From a bacterium (GTDB lineage Bacteria; Zixibacteria; MSB-5A5; GN15; FEB-12): a DNA stretch of 18,182 bases. Position numbers and translations under genes: made by a program. The DNA lies in NCBI GenBank assembly GCA_043811375.1, contig JBDRNJ010000017.1, positions 1-18,182 of the forward strand, in the 5' to 3' direction. This document shows positions 8,564-15,864 of this stretch, one piece after another. The notes beneath the pieces are model-generated. The model ran no database searches. It saw only the letters and a list, made by a program, of their open reading frames with translations, and was not told where the DNA came from. Every line of letters begins with the position of its first letter. Within the stretch, counting starts at the first letter, position 1.

Positions 8564-9628
8564 GTGGCTAAAGATCGCATCGTCATATTCGGTTGGGCGC
8601 ACTCAGTGCACGTACAGCGCTGGGCGCGCGGATTGAGTGATCGAGGCTATCAGATCCGGATCGTTTCCCTGGGAGGTGAGCCACTGCCTGATATCGATAC
8701 GGTGGTGCTGCTGCGACGTGGAAAGCTGTCGTATATCCGGCAGGCACCCGCTGCAGTGCGGGCAGCCCGTGATTTCGAGCCGGACCTGGTTCATGTTCAT
8801 TATGCCGGCGGTTTCGGTCTCTGGGGAAGATACTGCGGCATTCGGCCTCTGGTCGTTTCGGTTTGGGGCTCGGATCTGTTGCCACATCGGCCAAAATGGT
8901 TTTATCGCAGGCTCCTCGGCTCAACATTGAAGCAGGCCACCCACATCACCGCCACCAGTCAGTGGCTGTCAAAACAGACCGGTGAGTTGTATCCTGCTGC
9001 GACCGATAAGATGAGTGTCATCCCCTTTGGTGCTCAACTTCCCGATCAAACAAAACCGCTTCCCGATGGTCCGCTGCGAATTTGCTATCTTAAAGGACAT
9101 CGGCCGGTCTACGGTCCTGACATCCTGCTGGAGGCGATGGTCGAGGTGCGCAAGGCAATCCCCGACGTCGTTCTGTCGATGGCCGGCGAAGGTGAGATGA
9201 CGACGCAACTTAACAATATGATCGTTCGACTCGGTCTGGAAGATACAGTTCAGATGGTGGGCTATATCGAACGGCCACAGGTGGCGGACTTCCTGCAGGT
9301 ACACCACTTCATGGTGATGCCCTCACGGGCCGAATCTTTTGGATTGGCTGCTCTGGAGGCAGCCGCCTGCTCTCGAGCGGTGATTGCCTCCAACGTCGGC
9401 GGCGTGCCGGAATTGGTTGTCGAGGGTGTTACCGGTTTGCTGGTACCACCCGGAAACCCGCAACGGCTGGCGGCGGCTATCATAGAACTGGCCAATAATG
9501 CCGATAAACAGAAAGAAATGGGGCGAGCAGGCCGCGACCTGGTCAAGCGTCGCTACCTGTGGGGAAAGTCACTGAACATGATGTGCAGACTGTATGAAAG
9601 GTTACTCGGTGGTCCGGCAGAAGGGTAA
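8564..9628 (+). CDS. Glycosyltransferase family 4 (GT-B, retaining)
   Basis: PDLVHVHY, SVWGSD, MPSRAESFGLAALEA (EX7E), NVGGVPE, GLLVPP. Confidence 0.92.
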   Translation: MAKDRIVIFGWAHSVHVQRWARGLSDRGYQIRIVSLGGEPLPDIDTVVLLRRGKLSYIRQAPAAVRAARDFEPDLVHVHYAGGFGLWGRYCGIRPLVVSVWGSDLLPHRPKWFYRRLLGSTLKQATHITATSQWLSKQTGELYPAATDKMSVIPFGAQLPDQTKPLPDGPLRICYLKGHRPVYGPDILLEAMVEVRKAIPDVVLSMAGEGEMTTQLNNMIVRLGLEDTVQMVGYIERPQVADFLQVHHFMVMPSRAESFGLAALEAAACSRAVIASNVGGVPELVVEGVTGLLVPPGNPQRLAAAIIELANNADKQKEMGRAGRDLVKRRYLWGKSLNMMCRLYERLLGGPAEG

Positions 9629-10790
9629 GCTGAGAGAACCGAAAGTTCCGCTTTTCGATCTGTCGCTGGCACCGGCAGTGAAGCGTCAGGTTGCGGCTAC
9701 TCTGGCATCAGGGTGGCTGACTACCGGCCCCCAGGCGGCCTCTTTTGAGAAGGCGGTTGGCCGTTTGCTGGGAGTCAGGTATGCGGCGGCAGTGAATTCC
9801 GCCACCACCGGACTTTACCTTTTACTGAGAGCTCTCGGTGCCGGGCCGAACAGTGAAGTCATCACGACACCGTTCACCTTCGTAGCCACCGTGGAAGCGA
9901 TCCTGATGACCGGCGCCCTGCCGGTTTTTGCCGATATCGACCCGAACACTCTGACTATAGATGCCGAAGAAGTGGCGCGCAAAATGTCGAATCGCACAGG
10001 CGCCATCCTGCCGGTCGATATGGCGGGCTATCCGTCCGACTACGATCGACTGAGCGCCGTGGCTGCAATAAAAAAGTTACCTTTAGTATCGGATGCCGCC
10101 CATGCCATTGGCGCTGGCTATCGCGGAAAAAGTATCGCGCGAATAGCCGATGCCGCCGTTTATTCGTTCTACTCCACCAAAAACCTCACCTGCGGTGAAG
10201 GCGGTATGGTGCTGTCACGTCACAAGATACTTGTCGACAAAGTGCGACAACTGTCCTCCCATGGATTGAGTGCCGGCACTTACCGACGCCATCAGACGGG
10301 CCGCCGGCAGTATGATGCCGTCGATATGGGATTCAAGGGCAACATGTCGGATATCCACGCCGCAGTCGGTCTGGGGCAACTGACAACATTTGAGCGAGAT
10401 CAGGCACGACGGGTCACTATCGCCGAACGGTACCTGAAGAACCTGGCCGACCTGTTTGACTACATTGACCTGCCGACCGCCCCACCGCATGGCCGACACG
10501 GCTGGCATCTGTTCATTATCAAGTTGCACCTGTCGAAGCTGCGCATCACGCGTGACCAGTTTATCAGGAAAATGGCGCAACACGGAATAGAGTGTGGTGT
10601 GCATTACCGCCCTTTATTTGAATTGACCTGGTACCATCAGGCATTGGGCTTGAATCAGCAGCATTTCCCCAATACCGCCTACGCCGGAAGCAGGGTAGTC
10701 AGTCTGCCGCTGTTTCCGACATTGAAACTGCGCGATGTCGACTACGTTTGCGACAGATTGAAAGCCGTAGTCACCGGACACGCCCGGTAA
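9594..10790 (+). CDS. Second DegT/DnrJ/EryC1/StrS aminotransferase (start may be GTG 9609)
   Basis: SGWLTTGP, NSATTGL, TPFTFVAT, DAAHAIG, SFYSTKNLTCGEGG (PLP lysine); overlaps the end of the GT4 gene. Confidence 0.92.
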   Translation: MKGYSVVRQKGKLREPKVPLFDLSLAPAVKRQVAATLASGWLTTGPQAASFEKAVGRLLGVRYAAAVNSATTGLYLLLRALGAGPNSEVITTPFTFVATVEAILMTGALPVFADIDPNTLTIDAEEVARKMSNRTGAILPVDMAGYPSDYDRLSAVAAIKKLPLVSDAAHAIGAGYRGKSIARIADAAVYSFYSTKNLTCGEGGMVLSRHKILVDKVRQLSSHGLSAGTYRRHQTGRRQYDAVDMGFKGNMSDIHAAVGLGQLTTFERDQARRVTIAERYLKNLADLFDYIDLPTAPPHGRHGWHLFIIKLHLSKLRITRDQFIRKMAQHGIECGVHYRPLFELTWYHQALGLNQQHFPNTAYAGSRVVSLPLFPTLKLRDVDYVCDRLKAVVTGHAR

Positions 10791-10830
10791 TCGGATCGTT
10801 CGGGACGTATTTTCACTATCACACCACCAC

Positions 10831-10859
10831 TTGATAATTGGGCCGTCTTAGCCTAAATT
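10831..10859 (+). promoter_or_regulatory. Sigma70-type promoter producing a leaderless GTPase mRNA
   Basis: TTGATA (10831-36), 17 bp, TAAATT (10854-59), 6 nt, ATG 10866; no SD. Confidence 0.6.
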
Positions 10860-10865
10860 GGCTTC

Positions 10866-11861
10866 ATGCCGGCCAATCTGCCACCACAGTACTACGAGTT
10901 GGAACGCGAGTTCAAGATAGAAAAGGACCCGCGCGAAAAACTGCGTCTGGCTCAGGAACTGCTGACTATAATGCCCAAACACAAGGGCACCGACAAGCTC
11001 CAGGCCGATATGAAGGCCAAGATTTCCAAACTCAAGAAACAACTGGTTCAGGGTTCGCGCAGCCACGGCGCCCGGCAGGTCACAGCGCAGGACCACATTG
11101 AAAAAGAAGGCGCCGGGCAGATTATTCTTATCGGTCCCCCCAACGCCGGCAAGTCTTCCCTGCTGGAGGTGCTTACCCGCGCGCGACCACTGGTAGCCGA
11201 CTACCCCTACTCCACCCGGCAACCTTTGACCGGAATGATGACCTATGAAACGGTGCAGTTCCAGTTGATCGACACACCGCCGATCTCAAAGGAATCATAC
11301 GAGACGTACTTAAACGGCCTGATCCGCAATGCCGACCTGGTGGCATTGGTATGTGACCTGGCGGCCAATACGATGCTGGCTGATGTCATGATGGTTCAGG
11401 AAAGACTACAGGAAAGGCGGATACTGCTGATGCCGGAAGTTACCGAGCACCCTGACGATCCGCGATATTCCTACAAGAAAACACTTATATGCGCTCATAA
11501 GGCTTATGACGATGAGTCCGGCCAGAAGCGCCGGGTATTGGCGAAGTCATACCCCGGCTTCCGGATGGTGGCGACCTCGATTCTCGATGATGCCAGTCTG
11601 GTGGCGTTCGGTAAAGCCATTTATGACTGTTTGAACATCATGCGTGTTTACACCAAGCCGATCGGTGGCCAGGCTGATTTCAGCGATCCGATCATCCTGC
11701 TGCGGGGAGGAACGGTCGAGGATGCCGCGACTGAATTGCACAAGGATTTCGCGCACAAGCTCAGGTACGCGAAGGTGTGGGGTCATGGTAAATACGACGG
11801 CCAGCGGGTGCAGCGGGATTTCGTCCTCGCCGACGGCGATATTATAGAGTTGCATATCTGA
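10866..11861 (+). CDS. OBG-family, DRG/Rbg-like GTPase with C-terminal TGS domain
   Basis: N-terminal PKHKGTDKLQADMKAKISKLK helix, G1 GPPNAGKSS, G2 YPYST, G3 DTPP, TGS region RVYTKP...AKVWG...GQRV...L.DGDIIE. Confidence 0.9.
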   Translation: MPANLPPQYYELEREFKIEKDPREKLRLAQELLTIMPKHKGTDKLQADMKAKISKLKKQLVQGSRSHGARQVTAQDHIEKEGAGQIILIGPPNAGKSSLLEVLTRARPLVADYPYSTRQPLTGMMTYETVQFQLIDTPPISKESYETYLNGLIRNADLVALVCDLAANTMLADVMMVQERLQERRILLMPEVTEHPDDPRYSYKKTLICAHKAYDDESGQKRRVLAKSYPGFRMVATSILDDASLVAFGKAIYDCLNIMRVYTKPIGGQADFSDPIILLRGGTVEDAATELHKDFAHKLRYAKVWGHGKYDGQRVQRDFVLADGDIIELHI

Positions 11862-11883
11862 GTCTTATATGTCCTACTATCTT

Positions 11884-11910
11884 GTAGGTTGGAACCCCTG
11901 TGGTTCCGAC
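11884..11910 (+). repeat. GTAG-type REP-like hairpin A
   Basis: GTAG + GTTGGAACC-cctgt-GGTTCCGAC (9-bp stem, one G-T pair). Confidence 0.7.
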
Positions 11911-11979
11911 AGAGGCTCGGCAGGTCTCTCCGAGACCTTCCTTTTCTACTATGAGCATGTGTTGTATAGTATTATGTTA
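11910..11979 (+). repeat. 70-bp module copy 1 (hairpin + T-tract, -10-like TATAGT, attI-like end at GTTA)
   Basis: 59/70 identical to 12736-12804; includes AGGTCTC-tcc-GAGACCT followed by TCCTTTT; homology stops after GTTA (11976-79). Confidence 0.9.
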
Positions 11980-12008
11980 TATAGGCAACAAGGAAAGGAG
12001 GCCACATC

Positions 12009-12725
12009 ATGATTACAACACCTCGAGGGATGCGTATTCAGCTTCCTCTTGACCATAGCTTCTGCTTGATGTCTCGACTCTATCCAAAAATCAAACCCTA
12101 CAGTGTGTTAGAAACCGCTGCAGGATTCTACAAAATGCACGGTACAGTGGCCTGTGTGACGGGAATTCTCTGTTTTCTTCTTCAATTAACAGCATGGCAA
12201 ACTGGGTGCATAGTTTTTATTGCTACCTTAGCCGGCTACTTTATGTCTGTTTTTGCTATCTATCCTCCCGGTTTACTTCGCCTTGCCCTAATATACTCGC
12301 TACTCACAGGCTACGGACTCATTCTAGTTGGCCTATCTGTTGTTGGAATAGTAACGGTGGGTCTCACTGGTACCGGCGTTTTCTGGGCATCGCGGCTCCT
12401 TGCTGAGTTCGTGACAATGGGCCATGCGAATTATTTGGGACGTAAGATTTTCAAAGTAACGAATCCCGAAGCATATGCAATGACAAGAAAACTTAGCATT
12501 GGTGGGGCGCCTGATGGATTTGCGATAAGATGTTTTGGCAATGCCTATGCAACTTATGCCAGCAAACTCGGTGCACCTATCGAAGCAGTTGCGAGCGCGA
12601 AAGAGCTTGAATCTAGTAAATGGCGAAACGTATTGAACGAGTTTGTACAAGAATGGCCACAAATAGCTAAACGTTTTCAGGTTACGGATGAGAAATGGGC
12701 AGAGATTCTGCAGGGCAACCATTAA
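12009..12725 (+). CDS. Hypothetical membrane protein (about 4 TM segments), probable gene cassette
   Basis: 238-aa ORF with strong SD AAGGAGG; AT-richer than flanks; hydrophobic central region; no family recognised. Confidence 0.75.
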   Translation: MITTPRGMRIQLPLDHSFCLMSRLYPKIKPYSVLETAAGFYKMHGTVACVTGILCFLLQLTAWQTGCIVFIATLAGYFMSVFAIYPPGLLRLALIYSLLTGYGLILVGLSVVGIVTVGLTGTGVFWASRLLAEFVTMGHANYLGRKIFKVTNPEAYAMTRKLSIGGAPDGFAIRCFGNAYATYASKLGAPIEAVASAKELESSKWRNVLNEFVQEWPQIAKRFQVTDEKWAEILQGNH

Positions 12726-12735
12726 TTGATCGCAT

Positions 12736-12804
12736 CAGAAGCTCGGCAAGTCTTTACGAGACCTTCCTTTTCTCTGTGAACAAGTGTTATATAATATTAC
12801 GTTA
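12736..12804 (+). repeat. 70-bp module copy 2 (degenerate hairpin + T-tract, TATAAT, attI-like end at GTTA)
   Basis: Matches 11910-11979; perfect TATAAT at 12790-95; ATATAAT-attac-GTTAAGT arrangement. Confidence 0.9.
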
Positions 12805-12822
12805 AGTTTTGAAAACTGAGAG

Positions 12823-13533
12823 ATGGAAAACATGCTTAGGGAAGATGAGATATTCGTAGTAAAAACGCTGTGTGCTGTGTTATCCGGTACTTATCGAGCT
12901 GGAGAAAATCCGCCAGATGCCTATCTTTCGTATGAGGGCAAAGAGGTTGCGGTTGAGATATCCACCCTGACTCAGCATGTAATTAGCGATTCGGGGGATG
13001 CAATTCCACGATTGTCTCAAGACACAGGTGTTATTAGGCTTTGTGATGAACTAGACGGAGAACTAGGAAAGGATGTTCCTAATGGAGTCTATGTCATTCT
13101 TACACTTCATTCACCAATAAATAAGATTCGCAAATTCAAAGAATTACTAAAACAACAGGTTATTTCGATTATCAAATCAAGTGTAGCATTAGATAAGATC
13201 ATTGATATTAAGGGAAACATAGTAAAAGTACGTTCAGTTCACGGAGAACGTCCGGATGGCAAAAAGATTATCGGAATAGTTATAAATAAAAATACATCTT
13301 CCAATATTTCTGATAACGTCGTGTACATTCTTGGGCAAAGAATAGAGGAAAAGACAATAAAATGCATGAATGTAAACCATCGGCCACTGTGGCTAGCTCT
13401 GTTTAATAATTATTGGTTGGCAGAATCAAGACTCTATCAGGAAGCTCTCAAAACTCTTTCTATAGAGCATCCGTTTGAAAAGATATTTCTTGTCGATGAC
13501 GGAAAACATGTGCATGAAATCAATCAAACATAA
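12823..13533 (+). CDS. Hypothetical protein with PD-(D/E)XK-like nuclease motif, probable integron-type gene cassette
   Basis: 236 aa; E...PPDAYL...VAVEIS motif near the N-terminus; very AT-rich (13141-13200 has 17/60 G+C versus 40/60 at 16561-16620); stop codon lies inside AACATAAC. Confidence 0.75.
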   Translation: MENMLREDEIFVVKTLCAVLSGTYRAGENPPDAYLSYEGKEVAVEISTLTQHVISDSGDAIPRLSQDTGVIRLCDELDGELGKDVPNGVYVILTLHSPINKIRKFKELLKQQVISIIKSSVALDKIIDIKGNIVKVRSVHGERPDGKKIIGIVINKNTSSNISDNVVYILGQRIEEKTIKCMNVNHRPLWLALFNNYWLAESRLYQEALKTLSIEHPFEKIFLVDDGKHVHEINQT

Positions 13534-13553
13534 CATGGTAAATTCACTCCGAC
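13527..13553 (+). other. Truncated attC-like half site (R'' and L'' arm only)
   Basis: AACATAAC overlaps the stop codon and is complementary at 7/8 positions to GTTAAGTT at the gene's 5' boundary (12801-08). It is followed by ATGGTAAATTCACTCCGAC, resembling attC left arms. No matching right arm ending in GTTRRRY follows. Confidence 0.55.
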
Positions 13554-13560
13554 AATTCCT

Positions 13561-13631
13561 GTAGGGCAGGACCCCTTGTGATCCTGCCATTGGAGCAGCA
13601 TCGGCGGAACCGCTAAAGGATTCCGCCCTAC
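13561..13631. repeat. Convergent pair of GTAG REP-like hairpins (REPIN/BIME-like)
   Basis: Plus strand: GTAG GGCAGGA-N10-TCCTGCC (13561-88). Minus strand: GGCGGAA-N11-TTCCGCC CTAC (13603-31). Spacer 14 nt. Confidence 0.75.
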
Positions 13632-13679
13632 TATACTAAAAGGCTGGGGTGGCCCACCTTTGAAGGGGAATTATCATGG

Positions 13680-13753
13680 GGCAGACGGGGACGTCTGCCG
13701 CCCACGGCATTCTGTTACCTATCTTGTGAGTCCGTACCTGCCGCCCACGGCAT
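13680..13753 (-). repeat. GTGG-type REP-like hairpin plus partial second copy
   Basis: GGCAGACG-ggga-CGTCTGCC GC CCAC (13680-13705); 16-bp direct repeat CTGCCGCCCACGGCAT at 13695-13710 and 13738-13753. Confidence 0.6.
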
Positions 13754-13835
13754 GGTGAGCCACACGGGCATAGTGTTCCAGGTGGATATTTTTTCCCTCG
13801 ACCTTCCTCAATAAATTTCTATCTTGCAGACAGCG

Positions 13836-15233
13836 ATGTTGGCAAAAGTGAAAAATACAATCAACGAACACCAACTGCTCAACCGGGGCGATGCGGTGCT
13901 GGTGGCTCTTTCGGGCGGGCCGGATTCGGTCGCCCTGCTGCACCTGCTGACACACCTGCAACGACCGATGGGATTGAAACTTACGGCCGTTTATGTCAAC
14001 CATCAGATTAGGCCTGACGCCGCCCTTAGGGAAGAACGCTTCTGCCGGAAATTGTGCGACCGTCTGGGGATGGAACTGACCATTGTGTCCGAGGATCTAC
14101 CGGCGCTGGCACGTGCATCGAAGAAGACTCTGGAGGAAGCCGCTCGCGATTTTCGCTACCAGCTTTTCGCCCGACTTGCTCTGGAACAAGACATTGACCG
14201 TATTGCGGTGGCTCATCATCGGGATGACCGGGCGGAGACGATCCTGTTTCGCATCCTGCGGGGCACGGGCACCAGCGGTCTGGCAGGGATGCCGATCAGG
14301 AGAGATAAAATAATCCGACCTCTTTTTGAAGTGACGAAGAAAGATATCCTGGTCTATCTGAAACGCCACCGGTTGAAGTACTGCGTCGATGAGTCGAACC
14401 GCGACTGCACCTTTGCACGCAATTTCATTCGCAATCGCCTGCTGCCGGATATCCGCGACCATCTTAATACCAATGTCGACGGGGCGCTTTTGAATCTTTC
14501 GGAAACGGTCCATCGCGAGGAGGCATACTTACAGGAGATTGTGCAGAAGATTCGGAAAAAAATCGTCCAAACTACGGTCGGCGGGAAGATTGAACTTGAT
14601 CTGAATAGATTTGACGGTTATGATGTATGGTTAAGGAATAGATTGTTAAGGTACTGCCTGGTAGAGCTTTCACCCACCGGGCGGATGCCTGACAAGATAG
14701 TGGTGGAACGCCTGGATGAGTCGTGTCGACGCCGTAACAAAGGGTTTTCGTTGCCTGAGAAAGTACAGGCGGCGGTGGTCCGGGACCGGTTGGTCCTGTT
14801 TCGCAAGAATATCGGTGCCTACAGCCAGGAGTTGGTTCCGGGCCGGAAATGCAGTTTACCGCAACTGCGGCTGAGTTTTTACTACAGCCGGCCGAGGACG
14901 ACCGGTGACAGAGTTGTCCGGGAGCGCCGCGCCCGAAAGGTGTTGCTTGACCGGGACCGGCTGTCACCACCGTTGATAGTCCGCAATATTCGACGCGGTG
15001 ATCGCTTTGTGCCGCTGGGCATGAAAGGAAGCAAGAGAGTCGGTGACTACCTGACCGATCGCAAGGTAGCCGGTGTGTACCGCGACGAAATTCCGGTAGT
15101 CTGTGACGGTAAAGGTATCGTGTGGCTGGTCGGATTCGAGATTGCCGACCGGGTGAAAATAGACAATCGAACTGAGAAGGTGGTAGCTATTGAAGTCGCC
15201 AAAAGCAGAAGAATCACGACTGATGCCGTTTGA
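13836..15233 (+). CDS. tilS: tRNA(Ile)-lysidine synthetase
   Basis: ALSGGPDS PP-loop, AHHRDDRAET, RNFIR, C-terminal GDRFVPLGMKG/IVWLVG; ATG 13836 preferred over TTG 13824; tilS-hpt-ftsH synteny. Confidence 0.96.
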   Translation: MLAKVKNTINEHQLLNRGDAVLVALSGGPDSVALLHLLTHLQRPMGLKLTAVYVNHQIRPDAALREERFCRKLCDRLGMELTIVSEDLPALARASKKTLEEAARDFRYQLFARLALEQDIDRIAVAHHRDDRAETILFRILRGTGTSGLAGMPIRRDKIIRPLFEVTKKDILVYLKRHRLKYCVDESNRDCTFARNFIRNRLLPDIRDHLNTNVDGALLNLSETVHREEAYLQEIVQKIRKKIVQTTVGGKIELDLNRFDGYDVWLRNRLLRYCLVELSPTGRMPDKIVVERLDESCRRRNKGFSLPEKVQAAVVRDRLVLFRKNIGAYSQELVPGRKCSLPQLRLSFYYSRPRTTGDRVVRERRARKVLLDRDRLSPPLIVRNIRRGDRFVPLGMKGSKRVGDYLTDRKVAGVYRDEIPVVCDGKGIVWLVGFEIADRVKIDNRTEKVVAIEVAKSRRITTDAV

Positions 15234-15741
15234 GGTCCTGTTGGATCAAAAACGTATTGCCCACCGTGTTACGGAATTGGGAGGTCAAATAACCGCCGAC
15301 TATGCCAACGAAACGCCGGTGATAGTGTGCGTGCTTAAGGGCGGCATTATTTTCCTGGCGGATCTGATCCGTACTATCAAACTACCGATGGAGTTGGAAT
15401 TCGTCTGGGCTACTTCATATCGTCGCGGCGTCACGCAGTCCGACGACCTGGTCCTGGGCGGCGAGTTGGCTATTCCCCTGAAGGGACGCCATGTTCTGAT
15501 AGTGGAAGGTGTGGTCGATTCCGGAAGAACGGTAGCGACCATCCATAAGCGGATACAGGCCCAGGAACCGGCTTCGCTGGAGGTTGCCACATTGATCGAC
15601 AAACCCGCCAGCCACCGGGTCAAACTGAGTATCAAATACAAGGGGTTCTCCATCGGCAATGACTTTGTGATCGGGTGCGGGCTTGATAATACCCAGAAAT
15701 ATCGGAACTTACCCTTTATTGGGCGGGTACTTGAACAGTAG
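15223..15741 (+). CDS. hpt: Hypoxanthine phosphoribosyltransferase (variant PRPP motif)
   Basis: VLKGG, FLADL, TSY loop, VLIVEGVVDSGRT, FVIGCGLD..YRNLP; ATG 15223 overlaps the tilS end (ORF track uses TTG 15190). Confidence 0.92.
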   Translation: MPFEVLLDQKRIAHRVTELGGQITADYANETPVIVCVLKGGIIFLADLIRTIKLPMELEFVWATSYRRGVTQSDDLVLGGELAIPLKGRHVLIVEGVVDSGRTVATIHKRIQAQEPASLEVATLIDKPASHRVKLSIKYKGFSIGNDFVIGCGLDNTQKYRNLPFIGRVLEQ

Positions 15742-15864
15742 ACATAAGGAGACGGTTCCGATAATAAATATAATGGCGCCTGGTGAGTATAATAATAAAA
15801 CTGGTTGACCGTCCGAAACGGGGTCGAGAAGACAGGTTCAAACTATAACAGGAGGCGATTCTCT

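Noticed and set aside
11955..11982. dif/pdif site (TTATGTTATAT matches the E. coli XerD arm 10/11; copy 2 TTACGTTAAGT 9/11)
   Set aside because: No XerC arm ending in ATAA at 6-bp spacing in either copy. The L-N5-GTT spacing and the half attC fit an attI-like site better, although a divergent Xer site is not fully excluded.
11910..12804. CRISPR array or complete attC repeats
   Set aside because: Only two copies, 826 bp apart with a gene between, no cas genes, and the unit is not an end-to-end imperfect palindrome.
13665..13679. Missing right arm of the attC (GGGGAATTATCATGG partly complementary to 13534-47)
   Set aside because: Not followed by GTTRRRY and separated by REP hairpins; could be chance.
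15745..15808. Small ORF MAPGEYNNKTG upstream of ftsH
   Set aside because: The TAAGGAG lies about 21 nt from the ATG, too far to act as its SD; the region is more likely AT-rich promoter DNA.
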